In this document: positions 1 through 12,272 of the stretch, piece after piece
Numbering within the stretch: the stretch's first letter is position 1
How the letters are laid out: each line of letters starts with the position of its first letter
From: Carcharhinus amblyrhynchos
Lineage: Eukaryota
Reading direction: 5' to 3'
Length of the DNA: 64,000 bases
Assembly (NCBI GenBank): GCA_965287045.1
Contig: OZ336886.1
Span: 38,936,001-39,000,000 of the forward strand
Notes under the pieces: generated by a model
Database searches by the model: none
What the model saw: only the letters and a program-made list of their open reading frames with translations
Told to the model about the DNA's origin: nothing
Made by a program: the position numbers and the translations under genes

Positions 1-958
1 AGTAACACGGAATGAGGATGGAGATCCGAATGAGGAGCAGCAGCTGAGGAGAGTGTTTAACTAAGTATTGAGTGGAGTGGGGCATTTATTGGTGAACTTG
101 TATAATGCAACACAGGACCTCAGAACTGATCCTAGAGTACAACATTGTTTTAGTAAGGACATGAATAGTGATCCCAGGGTAGAACAGCATGAGAGGATGG
201 GCAGCAAATGCAGTGTGGAGGAGTTTGAGAGGGGAGTGCTGAACCCAGTCTGGAGCAGCATGAGAGGAGTGAGTTGAATCCAGCGTTGAGCAGCGAGGTT
301 GGCGAACCAAGTGTAGAAAAATGTGTTATCAGGAAAGTGAAAGAAGTAAGGGGCAAGGCATCAGCAATCCGGTATGAAGCGTCGCAGGAGCAGAGCGGTG
401 GAGCTAGTATGGAGTGACAGGGGAGAAGATCTGCAAACTCTTTATAATGTGATGTAGGATAAATGACCAGCCTATTTTCGAGTGGTGAAACAGGACGGCA
501 GTAAACCGAGTGCGAGCAGATAGGAGAAGAGCAATGAAACCAGTGCAGAGCAATGTGAGAAGAGTACTGTGAGTTGAATATGGTGCAGCACAGGAGAAGA
601 GGAATAGTCTGGAGTAATGGAAGAAGACAGAAGCGAACACAGTGATCGTAGAAGAGCGAAGAAACCAGTGTGGCCCAGTGCAGGCAGAGTGCAGTAAACC
701 TAGTCGAGCAGTGTGCAGGGATATCAAACCCAGTGTGGAGCACCACAGGAGGAGAGTGAAGATCTCAGTTTACAAGAATGTGGGAGGAGGTGGTGGGGCA
801 ATCCCAGTGTGGAGCAGCGTGTGAGGAGAGCGGTGGAACCCATTGAGTAGCACAGGAGCAGAGGGCTTATCCCAGTGTGGAGCCATTTGGATGCATGACG
901 ATGAACCCAGTGTTGTGCAGTTCAGCAGGAAACCTGAGGTGGAGGTGCATGGGACGAG
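1..958. repeat. Degenerate minisatellite spacer, Y type (partial)
   Basis: Repeated gaacccagtgtggagcag-like cores about every 30-35 bp, collinear with 4441-5472. Confidence 0.85.
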
Positions 959-2250
959 CAACTACAAGAGAAATGCAGAGAAAGCAGCAGCAATTTTACA
1001 TGATCTTCTTTGATCTCGGAAGAGTCTTCAACGTTGTCTATGCTGAGAGGTTATGGGGAACTATCCTCTGTGTTGGCTGCCCCAGTGGTCACCATTCTCT
1101 ACCTGCTTCACAATGACACGTAGGCCATGAACCTGACCAACGGATCCACCATAAACCCAACTTATACCAATACTGTTCTCAATCTTGGTTCCGACATTGC
1201 ACCATCGCACCCCCTGAAAGCTGCAAGTGAAATAGAGCTAAATGACAGAACAAACAAGAATCTGTTCAGCATCAAAAAGGTGCAGGCCTGATCCAGGGTC
1301 GTTCCATGTTGTTATGGAACTGTATTTGGAAACGGTGATTGTGCTTGTGCACAATTGGAGGCCAAGCTCCGAACCATGGTCAACACTTTCACCAAGATGT
1401 ATGAGAGCGTGGGCCTTTCACTAAATATCCAGAAGACAATGGTCCTCTTTCAACCTCCCTCATCATACAGAACTGATGCCACCAAAACCGGTCATCAAAA
1501 TCAACAACAAGTTCTTGGAAAATGTGGACTACGTTCCATAACGTGACAAGTCACAATGGCAGACAACAACAACAAGCTTCAACACTGTCTTCAGTGTGCC
1601 AACGCAGCCTTCTTTCACCTGAGGATGTGTTTGAAGATCAGGAACTCAGACAAGCACGAAGCTCATGGTCTACAGGGTCCTAGTGCTACAACCCTCTATG
1701 TGGCTCAGAGACGTGGACTCTGTACAGCAGGCACCTCAAACCCTGGAGAAATCCCTCCAGTGCTGCCACTGCAAGATCCTGCAAATCCATTGGCAGCAAA
1801 GGCACACAACGTCAGTGGTATCGCTCAGATCAATCTCCTGAGCATCGAAGCACTGACCAGGCTGAGTGATCTCTGCTGGGCTGGCCACTTCACCACATCA
1901 GACAGGAGTCTCCCAAAGCAATTTCTGTACTCACAGCTTTGATACAGCAAGCCCCAGGAGGGTAGAGAAAATGCATCAAGTACATCCCGAAAACTTCTTC
2001 ACAATTTACAACACCGCCACTGACCCCAAGGAATCCCATGCCCAAGACTGGTTGAAGTGGATGAAAAGCATCTGAGAAGGAGCTGAACACCTTGATCTTC
2101 ATCACTGAGAGCAAGCAGAAGCCAAACTTCATCAGGCGAAGGAGCATGGAGCAACCCACGCACTCACCCACTATCCCCTGTAATAGAGATTGTACGTTGT
2201 CATTAGACTGCTCCATCAGCTGTGAATTTATTTTAAGTGTTGTTGCAAGT
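959..2250 (+). mobile_element. RTE-clade LINE 3' fragment, variant A (copy 1), dead
   Basis: Frameshifted remnants read QLQEKC...FYMIFFDL.RVFNVV..E.LW..L..GCP, MVNTFTKMYESVGLSLNIQKTMVLFQP, KLQHCLQCANAAF, YGSETWTLYSRHLK, SIEALTRLS.LCWAGH..RSLPKQ.LYS and a CxxC-type end. These motifs are typical of RTE/BovB-like ORFs. Confidence 0.9.
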
Positions 2251-3254
2251 GTGGAGAAGCGCAGGTGGAGTGTGGCATTGCCCAGTGTAGAGCAGTGTGG
2301 AAGGGTGGCAAACCTTGTATGTCTTAGTGTGGGATGAGGACGGTGATCCTAATGAAGAGCAGTGAGCTCAACTGAGTGTTGATCAGAGTTGTGGGGGGCT
2401 GGTTAGTGGCAAACTTGCATCACGCAACGTGTGTCCAGACAGCCGATCTCAGTGTACAATGGTGATTTTGTAAGGAGGTGAGTGATGAACCCAGGGTAGA
2501 ATACCATAAGAGGATAGCGACACAAGAGAAGAAGGAGGAAAACAGTATGCAGCAGAGCACGAGGACAGCAGTCAACCTCTTGTGGAGCAGCAGAAGAGGA
2601 GAGAGATGAATCCAGTGTGAAGCAGCAAAATTGGCAAACCAAGTGGAGAACAACGTGCTATCAGGAAGGCAAAAGCAGTCTGGAGCAGGTTGGGTGGAAT
2701 CAGCAGTCCAATATGAAACATTGCAGGAGCGGTGAACCTAGGATGCCAATGTGGAACATAAATGATGAGCCCAGTTTTGAGTGGTGCCCGAGAAGAGCAA
2801 TGGATCCAGTATGAGCAGCGTGGGAGAAGAACATGAAACCAGTGTACAGCAATGTGAGAAGAGTACAGCAGATTGAATATTGTGCTGCGCAGCTAGCGCG
2901 TGATAAATCCAGTCTGGGGCAGCGAAGAAGGAGAGAGATGAACACAGTGTGGATCATTGTGGGAGAAGAGTGAAGACTCCAGTGTGAACCAGTCCAGGCA
3001 GAGTGCAGTGAACCCAGAGGAGTGGTGCACATGGACGAAGAACCCACTATGGAACAGTGTCGGATGTGAGCAGAGGTCCCGTTTAGAAGGAAGTAGGAGA
3101 AGGAGGAATGGTGATCCCAATGTGGAGCAGTATGTGAGCTGAGAAACGATCCCAGTGAGGTGGCATGTGGATGCATGACAACAAAACCAGTGTTGAGCAG
3201 CACAGCAGCAAGCCCAGGATGCAGTTGTGAGGGAGGAGCAATTAAACCAAGCAG
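2251..3254. repeat. Degenerate minisatellite spacer, X type (exemplar; follows every A and precedes every B)
   Basis: Begins gtggagaagcgcaggtggagtgtggcattgcccagt and carries the marker gatcagagttgtggggggctggttag. It has the same succession of degenerate units as the Y spacer but is clearly diverged from it. Confidence 0.85.
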
Positions 3255-4440
3255 CAACTACAAGGGAAATTCAGGGAACAGCACCAACCCTTGTGTATGA
3301 CATTCTTTCATCTTGCAAGAGCCGTCAACATTGTCAATCCTGAGGGATTATGGAGCACACTCCATTTCAGCTGCCCCAAATGTTTGTCACATTTCTCCAG
3401 CTGCTCCACAATGACATGCAAGCCTTGATCCTGACCAATGGATCCACCACAGATCAAGTTCGCTTTGGAAATGTGGTCGTGAAATTCTGTATCATCACAC
3501 CAACGCTCTTCTCAATTTTGCTTCATGCACACTCTGATCTGACACTCAGCAACCTGCCACTGGATTAGAGCTAAATTACAGAACAAACGACAATCTATTC
3601 AGTGATCCATACATGCAGGCCTGATCCAAAGTCGTCCTATCCTCCTGTCAGTCAACTACGTATAGCAAAGAATGATCGCGACTGCGCAAAATTGGAGGCC
3701 ACGCTCCAAACCATGGTCAACACCTTTTCCAAAATGTACGAGAGATGTACATAAATATGCTGTCGCCTGAGGAAGTGTTTGAAGATCAGGAACTCAGTCA
3801 AATAACAGGGCTCATGGTGCAGTAGTGTTACTGCCCATCTCTATGGCTCAAATGTTGATTATGTACAGCAGGCACCTCAAAACCCTGGAGAAGTAGCACC
3901 AGTGCTGCCTCTGGATGATCCTGAAAATCCATTGATAACATAAACACACACCAACGCTCTTCTCAATTTTGCCACTGGACAATGGTCGCATTCAAGCCAA
4001 TATCCCAGCATTGAAGCATTGACCATGCTGGGTCAACTCTGCTGGGCACACCATATGGCCAAATGTCTGACATGAGACACCCAAAGCAAATGCTGTGCTT
4101 GAAGCTTCGATATTGCAAGCAAGTCCCATCGGAGCAGGAAAAATGCATCAATAACACCCTGAGAACGTCCTCAAAACTTCGAACAACCCCACTGATAGCA
4201 GGGAATCCCTTGCGCAAGACCATTTAAAATGGATGAAAAGCATTGAAAAGGAGCTGAGCACCTTGATCTTCATCGCCAAGAGCAAGCGGAAGTCGAGGAG
4301 TGTCAGGAAAGGAGTGCATAGTGATCCACTCACTCAACCACTCCTCGATTCCATATCTGCCCCCTGTGATAGAAATTGTAGGCTATCATTCGACTGTTCT
4401 GCCCGCCATCTGTGAAACTATTTTGAGTGTTGTAGTCAGT
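3255..4440 (+). mobile_element. RTE LINE fragment, variant B (copy 2), dead
   Basis: FVTFLQLLHNDMQALILTNGSTTD...CIITPTLFSILL remnant. It lacks the ~180-bp KT.VL..QHCLQC segment and carries the B-specific insertion. Confidence 0.9.
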
Positions 4441-5472
4441 GTGGAGAAGCACAGGGAGTGTTGCATGCCCAGAGTGAAGAGGGCAGGAGACAGGTGGCAA
4501 ACCCAGTATGAAGTAACACTGAATGAGGACGGAGATCCTAATGAGCAGCAGCAGCTGAGGAGACTGTCTAACTAAGTATTGAGTGGAGTGGGGCGTTTAT
4601 TGGTGAACTTGTATAATGCAACATATGACCAGAGAACTGATCCTAGAGTACAAGAGTGTTTTAGTAAGGAGATGAATGGTGATCCCAGGGTAGAACAGCA
4701 TGAGAGGATGGCAGGAAATGCAGTGTGGAGCAGTTTGAGAGGGGAGTGCTGAACCCAGTCTGGAGCAGTATGAGAGGAGAGAGTTGAATCCAGCGTTGAG
4801 CAGCAAGGTTGGTGAACCAAGTGTAGAACAATGTGTTATCAGGAGAGTGAAAGAAGTGTGGAGCAAAGCATCAGCAATCCGGTATGAAGCATCGCAGGAG
4901 CAGAGCGGTGGAGCCAGTACGGCGTGACAGGGGAGAAGATCTGCAAACTCTTGATAATGTGATGTAGGATATAAACGACCAGCCTATTTTCGAGTGGTGA
5001 AGCAGGACAGCAATGAACCCAGTGCGAGCTGATAGGAGAAGAGCAATGAAACCTGTGCAGAGCAATGTGAGAAGAGTACTATGAGTTGAAAATGGTGCAG
5101 CACAGGAGAAGAGGAATAGTCTGGAGCAATGGAAGAAGAGAGAAGTGAACACAGTGATCGTGGGAGAAGAGTGAAGAAATCAGTGAGGCCCAGCACAGGC
5201 AGAGTGTAGTGAACCCAGTCGAGCAATGCGCAGGGATGTCAAACCCAGTGTAGAGCGCCACGGGAGAAGAGCGAAGATCTCAGTTTAGAAGAATGTGGGA
5301 GGAGGTAGTGGGACAATCCCAGTGTGGAGCAGCTGTGAGACGAGCGGTGGAACCCTTTGAGTAGTACAGGAGCAGAGGGCTGATCCCAGCGTGGAGCCAT
5401 TTGGATGCATGACGATGAACCAAGTGTTGAGCAGTTCAGCAGAAAACCTGAGTTGGAGAAGCATGGGACGAG
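4441..5472. repeat. Degenerate minisatellite spacer, Y type (exemplar; follows every B or C and precedes A or C)
   Basis: Cores lie at about 4438, 4470, 4504, 4536, 4571, 4606, 4640, 4682, 4718, 4752, 4787, 4815, 4850, 4876 and 4911 onward. Spacing is 26-42 bp with a mode of ~34-35, giving roughly 30 units per spacer. Confidence 0.85.
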
Positions 5473-6758
5473 CAACTACAAGAGAAATGCATGGAAAGCA
5501 TCGACAATTTTACATGATCTTCTTTGATCTCGGAAGAGTCTTCAACGTTGTCTGTGCTGAGATATTATGGGGAAGTATTTTCTGTGTTGGCTGCCCCAGT
5601 GGTCACCATTCTCCACCTGCTTCACAACGACACGTAGGCCGTGAAACTGACCAACGGATCCTCCACAAATCCAACTTATACCAATACTGTTCTCAATCTT
5701 GCTTCCAACATTGCACCATCTCACCCCCTGAAAGCTGCCAGTGAAATAGAGCTACATTACAGAACAAATAAGCATCTGTTCAGCATCCAATAGGTGCAGG
5801 CCGGATCCAGGGTCATCCCATCTTCTCATGCAACTGTATTTGGAAACGATGATTGTGCTTGCGCATTGGAGGCCAAGCTCCGAACCATGGTCAACACTTT
5901 CACCAAGATGTATGAGAGCGTGGGCCTTTCACTAAATATCCATAAGACAATGGTCCTCTTCCAACCTCCCTCATCATACAGAACTGATGCCACCAAAACC
6001 TGTCATCAAAATCAACAACATGTTCTTGGAAAATGTGGACAACGTTCCATAACGTGACAAGTCACAATGGCAGACAGCAACAAACTTCAACACTGTCTTC
6101 AGTGTGCCAACACAGCCTTCTGTCACCTGAGGGTGTGTTTGAAGATCAGGAACTCAGACAAGCACAAAGCTCATGGTCTACAGGGTCCTCGTGTTACAAC
6201 CCTCTATATGGCTCAGAGACCTGGTCTCTGTACAGCAGGCACCTCAAACCTGGAGAAATCCCTCCAGTGCTGCCACTGCAAGATCCTGCAAATCCATTGG
6301 CTGCAAAGGTACACAACGTCAGTGGTATCGCTCAGATCAATCTCCTGAGCATCGAAGCACTGGCCAGGCTGAGTCAGCTCTGCTGGGCTGGCCACATCAC
6401 CACGTCAGACAGGAGTCTCCCAAAGCAATTGCTGTACTCAGAGCTTTGATACCTCAAGCCCCAGGAGGGCAGAGAAAATGCATCAAGAACATCCTGAAAA
6501 CTTCTTTAGAATTTACAACACTGTCACTGACCCCAAGGAATCCCATGCTCAAGACTGCTTGAAGTGGATGAAAAGCATCTGAGGAGGAGCTGAAAACCTT
6601 GATCTTCTTCACTGAGAGCAAGCGGAAGCCTAGCTTCATCAGGAGAAGGAGCACGGAGCAACCCACGCACTCAGCAGGTACCCCTCCATAATAGAGATCG
6701 TAGGCTGTCATTAGACTGCTCCATCAACTGTGAATTTATTTTAAGTGTTGTTGCAAGT
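5473..6758 (+). mobile_element. RTE LINE fragment, variant A (copy 3)
   Basis: Collinear with copy 1; LEKSLQCCHCKILQIHW remnant. Confidence 0.9.
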
Positions 6759-7761
6759 GTGGAGAAGTGCAGGTGGAGTGTGGCATTGCCCAGTGTGGAG
6801 CAGTGTGGAAGGGTGGCAAACCTTGTGTGTCTTAGTGTGGGATGAGGACGGTGATCGTAATGAAGAGCAGTGAGCTCAACTGAGTGTTGATCAGAGTTGT
6901 GGGGGTCTGGTTACTGGCAAACTTGTATCACGCAACGTGTGTCCAGACAGCCGATCTCAGTGTACAATGGTGATTTTGTAACAGGTGAGTGATGAACCCA
7001 GGGTAGAATACCATAAAAGGATAGCAGCTCAAGAGAAGAAGGAGGAAACCAGTATACAGCAGAGCATGAGGACAGCAGTCAACCTCTTGTGGAGCAGCAG
7101 AAGAGGAGAGAGATGAATCCAGTGTGAAGCAGCAAGATTGGAAAACCAAGTGTAGAACAATGTGTTATCAGGAAGGCAAAAGCAGTCTGGAGCAGGTTGG
7201 GTGGAATCAGCAGTCCAATATGAAACATTGCAGGAGCGGTGAACCTATTATGCCAATGTGGAACATAAATGATGAGCCCAGTTTAGAGTGGTGCCCTAGA
7301 AGAGCAATGCATCCAGTGTGAGCAGCATGGGAGAAGAACATGAAACCAGTGTACAGCAATGTGAGAAGAGTACAGCAAATTGAATATTGTGCCTCGCAGC
7401 TAGCGCGTGATAAATCCAGTCTGGGGCAGCGAAGAAGGAGAGAGGTGAACACAATATGGATCATTGTGGGAGAAGAGTGAAGACTCCAGTGTGGACCAGT
7501 CCAGGCAGAGTGCAGTGAACCCAGAGGAGTAGTGCACATGGGTGGAGAACCCACTATGGAACAGTGTCGGATGTGAGCAGAGGTCCCGTTTTGAAGGAAG
7601 TAGGAGGAGGAGGAATGGTGATCCCAATGTGGAGCAGTATGTGAGCTGAGTAACGATCCCAGTGAGGGGGCATGTGGATGCATGACAACGAACCCAGTGT
7701 TGAGCAGCACAGCAGCAAGCCCAGGATGCAGCTGTCAGGGAGGAGCAACTAAACCGAGCAG

Positions 7762-8952
7762 CAACTACAAGGGAAATTCAGGGAACAGCACCAACCCTTG
7801 TGTATGACATTCTTTAATCTTGCAAGAGCCGTCAACATTGTCAATCCTGAGGGATTATGGAGCGCACTCCATTTCAGCTGCCCCAAATGTCTGTCACATT
7901 TCTCCAGCAGCTCCACAATGACGTGCAAGCCTTGATCCTGACCAATGGATCCACCACAGATCAAATTCGCTTTGGAAATGTGGTCGTGAAATTCTGTATC
8001 ATCACACCAACGCTCTTCTCAATGTTGCTTCATGCACACTCTGATCTCACACTCAACAACCTGCCACTGGATTAGAGCTAAATTACAGAACAAACGACAA
8101 TCTATTCATTGATCCATACATGCAGGCCTGATCCAAACTCGTCCTATCCTCCTGTCAGTCAACTACGTATAGCAAATAATGATCGCGACTGCACAAAATT
8201 GGAGGCCAAGTTCCAAACCATGGTCAACACCTTTTCCAAAATGTACGAGAGATGTACATAAATATGCTGTCGCCTGAGGAAGTGTTTGAAGATCAGGAAC
8301 TCAGTCAAATAACAGGGCTTATGGTCTACAGTGCATTGGTGTTACTGCCTATCAGTATGGCTCAGAAATGTTGATTATGTACAGCAGGCACCTCAAAACC
8401 GTGGAGACATAGCACCAGTGCTGCCTCTGGATGATCCTGAAAATCCATTGATCGCATAAACACACACCAACGCTCTTCTCAATTTTGCCACTGGACAATG
8501 GTCACATTCAGGCCAATGTCCCAGCATTGAAGCATTGACCCAGCTGATTCCACTCTGCTGGGAACACCATATCGCCAAATGTCTGACACGAGACACCCAA
8601 AGCAAATGCTGTGCTTGGAGCTTTGATATTGCAAGCAAGTCCCATAGGAGCAGGAAAAATGCATCAATAACACCCCAAAAACGTCCTCAAAACTTGGAAC
8701 AACCCCACTGATAGCAGGGAATCCCTTGCGCAAGACCACTTAAAACGGATGAAAAGCATTGAAAAGGAGCTGAACACCTTGATCTTCATCGCCAAGAGCA
8801 AGCGGAAGTCGAGTGGTGTCAGGGAAGGAGTGCATAGTGATCCACTCACACACCCACTCCTCTATTCCATATCTGTCCCCCATGATAGAGATGGTAAGCT
8901 GTCATTAGACTGTTCCGCCATCTGCGAAATTATTTTGAGTGTTGCAGTAAGT
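7762..8952 (+). mobile_element. RTE LINE fragment, variant B (copy 4)
   Basis: Collinear with copy 2. Confidence 0.9.
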
Positions 8953-9979
8953 GTGGAGAAGCGCGGGGAGTGTTGCATGCCCAGTGTGTAGAGGGCAGGA
9001 GACAAGTGGCAAACCCAGTATGAAGTAACACGGAATGAGGACGGTGATCCTAACGAGGAGCAGTAGCAGAGGAGAGTGTTTAACTGAGTGTTGAGTGGGG
9101 CGTTCATCGCTGAACTTGTATAATGCAACATAGGACCAGAGTATTGATCCTAGACTACAACAGTGTTTTAGTAAGGAGATGAATAGTGAACCCAGGGTAG
9201 AACAGCATGAGAGGATGGCAGCAAATGCAGTGTGGAGCAGTTTGAGAGGGGAGTGCTGAACCCAGTCTGGAGCAGCATGAGAGGAGAGAGTTGAATCCAG
9301 TGTTGAGCAGAGAGGTTGGTGAACCAAGTGTAGAACAATGTGTTATCAGGAAAGTGAAAGAAGTATGGAGCAAGGCATCAGCAATCCGGTATGAAGCATC
9401 GCAGGAGCAGAGCGATGGAGCCAGTACGGCGTGACAGGGGAGAAGATCTGCAAACTCTTGATAATGTGATGTCGGATATAAACGAGCAGCCTATTTTCGA
9501 GTGGTGAAGCAGGACAGCAATGAACCCAGTGCGAGCAGATAGGAGAAGAGCAATGAAACCAGTGCGGAGCAATGTGAGAAGAGCACTGTGAGTTGAAAAT
9601 GGTGCAGCACAGGAGAAGAGGAATAGTCTGGAGCAATGGAAGAAGAGAGAAGTGAACACAGTGATCACTGCAGAAGAGCGAAGAAACCAGTGAGGCCCAG
9701 CGCAGGCAGAGTGTAGTAAACCCAGTCAAGCAGTGCGCAGGGATGTCAGACCCAGTGTGCAGCACCACAGGAGAAGAGCGAAGATCTCAGTTTAGAAGAA
9801 TGTGGGAGGAGGTAGTGGGACAATCCCAGTGTGGAGCAGCTGTGAGACGAGCGGTGGAACCCTTTGAGTAGCACAGGAGCAGAGGGCTGATCCCAGCGTG
9901 GAGCCATTTGGATGCATGATGATGAACCAAGTGTTGAGCAGTTCAGCAGAAAACCTGAGTTGGAGAAGCATGGGACGAG

Positions 9980-11268
9980 CAACTACAAGAGAAATGCAGG
10001 GAAAGCATCGACAATTTTACATGATCTTCTTTGATCTCGGAAGAGTCTTCAACGTTGTCTGTGCTGAGAGATTATGGGGAAGTATCCTCTGTGTTGGCTG
10101 CCCCAGTGGTCACCATTCTCCACCTGCTTCACAATGACACGTCGGCCATGAGCCTGACCAACGGATCCTCCACAAATCCAACTAACCCAATACTATTCTC
10201 AATCTTGCTTCCGACATTGCACCATCTCACCCCCTGAAAGCTGCCAGTGAAATAGAGCTAAATTCCTGAACAAACAAGAATCTGTTCAGCATCCAACAAG
10301 TGCAGGCCTGATCCAGGGTCATCCCATCTTGTCATGGAACTGTATTTGGAAACGATGATTGTGCTTGTGCACAATTGGAGGCCAAGCTCCGAACCATGGT
10401 CAACACTTTCTCCAAGAGGTATGAGAGCGTGGGCCTTTCACTAAATATCCAGAAGACAATGGTCCTCTTCCAACCTCCCTCGTCATACAAAACTGATGCC
10501 ACCAAAGCCAGTCATCAAAATCAACAACATGTTCTTGGAAAATGTGGACTACGTTCCATAACGTGACAAGTCACAATGGCAGACAACAACAAACTTCAAC
10601 ACTGTCTTCAGTGTGCCAACGCAGCCTTCTGTCGCCTGAGGATGTGTTTGAAGATCAGGAACTCAGACAAGCACAAAGCTCATGGTCTACAGGGTCCGAG
10701 TGTTACAACCCTCTATGTGGCTCAGAGACGTGGACTCTGTACAGCAGGCACCTCAAACCCTGGAGAAATCCCTCCAGTGCTGCCACTGCAAGATCCTGCA
10801 AATCCATTGGCAGCAAAGGCACACAACGTCAGTGGTATCGCTCAGATCAATCTCCTGAGCATCGAAGCACTGACCAGGCTGAGTGATCTCTGCTGGGCTG
10901 GCCACTTCACCACATCAGACAGGAGTCTCCCAAAGCAATTTCTGTACTCACAGCTTTGATACAGCAAGCCCCAGGAGGGTAGAGAAAATGCATCAAGTAC
11001 ATCCCGAAAACTTCTTCACAATTTAGAACACCGCCACTGACCCCAAGGAATCCCATGCCCAAGACTGGTTGAAGTGGATGAAAAGCATCTGAGAAGGAGC
11101 TGAACACCTTGATCTTCATCACTGAGAGCAAGCAGAAGCCAAACTTCATCAGGAGAAGGAGCATGGAGCAACCCACGCACTCACCCACTATCCCCCTGTA
11201 ATAGAGATTGTACGTTGTCATTAGACTGCTCCATCAGCTGTGAATTTATTTTAAGTGTTGTTGCAAGT
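9980..11268 (+). mobile_element. RTE LINE fragment, variant A (copy 5)
   Basis: Collinear with copy 1. Confidence 0.9.
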
Positions 11269-12272
11269 GTGGAGAAGCGCAGGTGGAGTGTGGCATTGCC
11301 CAGTGTAGAGCAGTGTGGAAGGGTGGCAAACCTTGTATGTCTTAGTGTGGGATGAGGACGGTGATCGTAATGAAGAGCAGTGAGCTCAACTGAGTGTTGA
11401 TCAGAGTTGTGGGGGGCTGGTTAGTGGCAAACTTGCATCACGCAACGTGTGTCCAGACAGCCGATCTCAGTGTACAATGGTGATTTTGTAAGGAGGTGAG
11501 TGATGAACCCAGGGTAGAATACCATAAGAGGATAGCGACACAAGAGAAGAAGGAGGAAAACAGTATGCAGCAGAGCACGAGGACAGCAGTCAACCTCTTG
11601 TGGAGCAGCAGAAGAGGAGAGAGATGAATCCAGTGTGAAGCAGCAAAATTGGCAAACCAAGTGGAGAACAACGTGCTATCAGGAAGGCAAAAGCAGTCTG
11701 GAGCAGGTTGGGTGGAATCAGCAGTCCAATATGAAACATTGCAGGAGCGGTGAACCTAGGATGCCAATGTGGAACATAAATGATGAGCCCAGTTTTGAGT
11801 GGTGCCCGAGAAGAGCAATGGATCCAGTATGAGCAGCGTGGGAGAAGAACATGAAACCAGTGTACAGCAATGTGAGAAGAGTACAGCAAATCGAATATTG
11901 TGCTGCGCAGCTAGCGCGTGATAAATCCAGTCTGGGGCAGCGAAGAAGGAGAGAGATGAACACAGTGTGGATCATTGTGGGAGAAGAGTGAAGACTCCAG
12001 TGTGAACCAGTCCAGGCAGAGTGCAGTGAACCCAGAGGAGTGGTGCACATGGACGAAGAACCCACTATGGAACAGTGTCGGATGTGAGCAGAGGTCCCGT
12101 TTAGAAGGAAGTAGGAGAAGGAGGAATGGTGATCCCAATGTGGAGCAGTATGTGAGCTGAGAAACGATCCCAGTGAGGTGGCATGTGGATGCATGACAAC
12201 AAAACCAGTGTTGAGCAGCACAGCAGCAAGCCCAGGATGCAGTTGTGAGGGAGGAGCAATTAAACCAAGCAG

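Noticed and set aside
560-900. Decayed C2H2 zinc-finger array (cacaggagaag resembles HTGEK linker codons)
   Set aside because: There is no 84-bp periodicity and no regular Cys/His spacing in any frame; the motif is part of the minisatellite tail.
4441-5472. CRISPR-like look (recurring core plus variable intervening sequence)
   Set aside because: The cores are highly degenerate, the period is only ~33 bp, and the variable parts are related purine-rich tails. There are no cas genes and the context is a eukaryotic LINE array.
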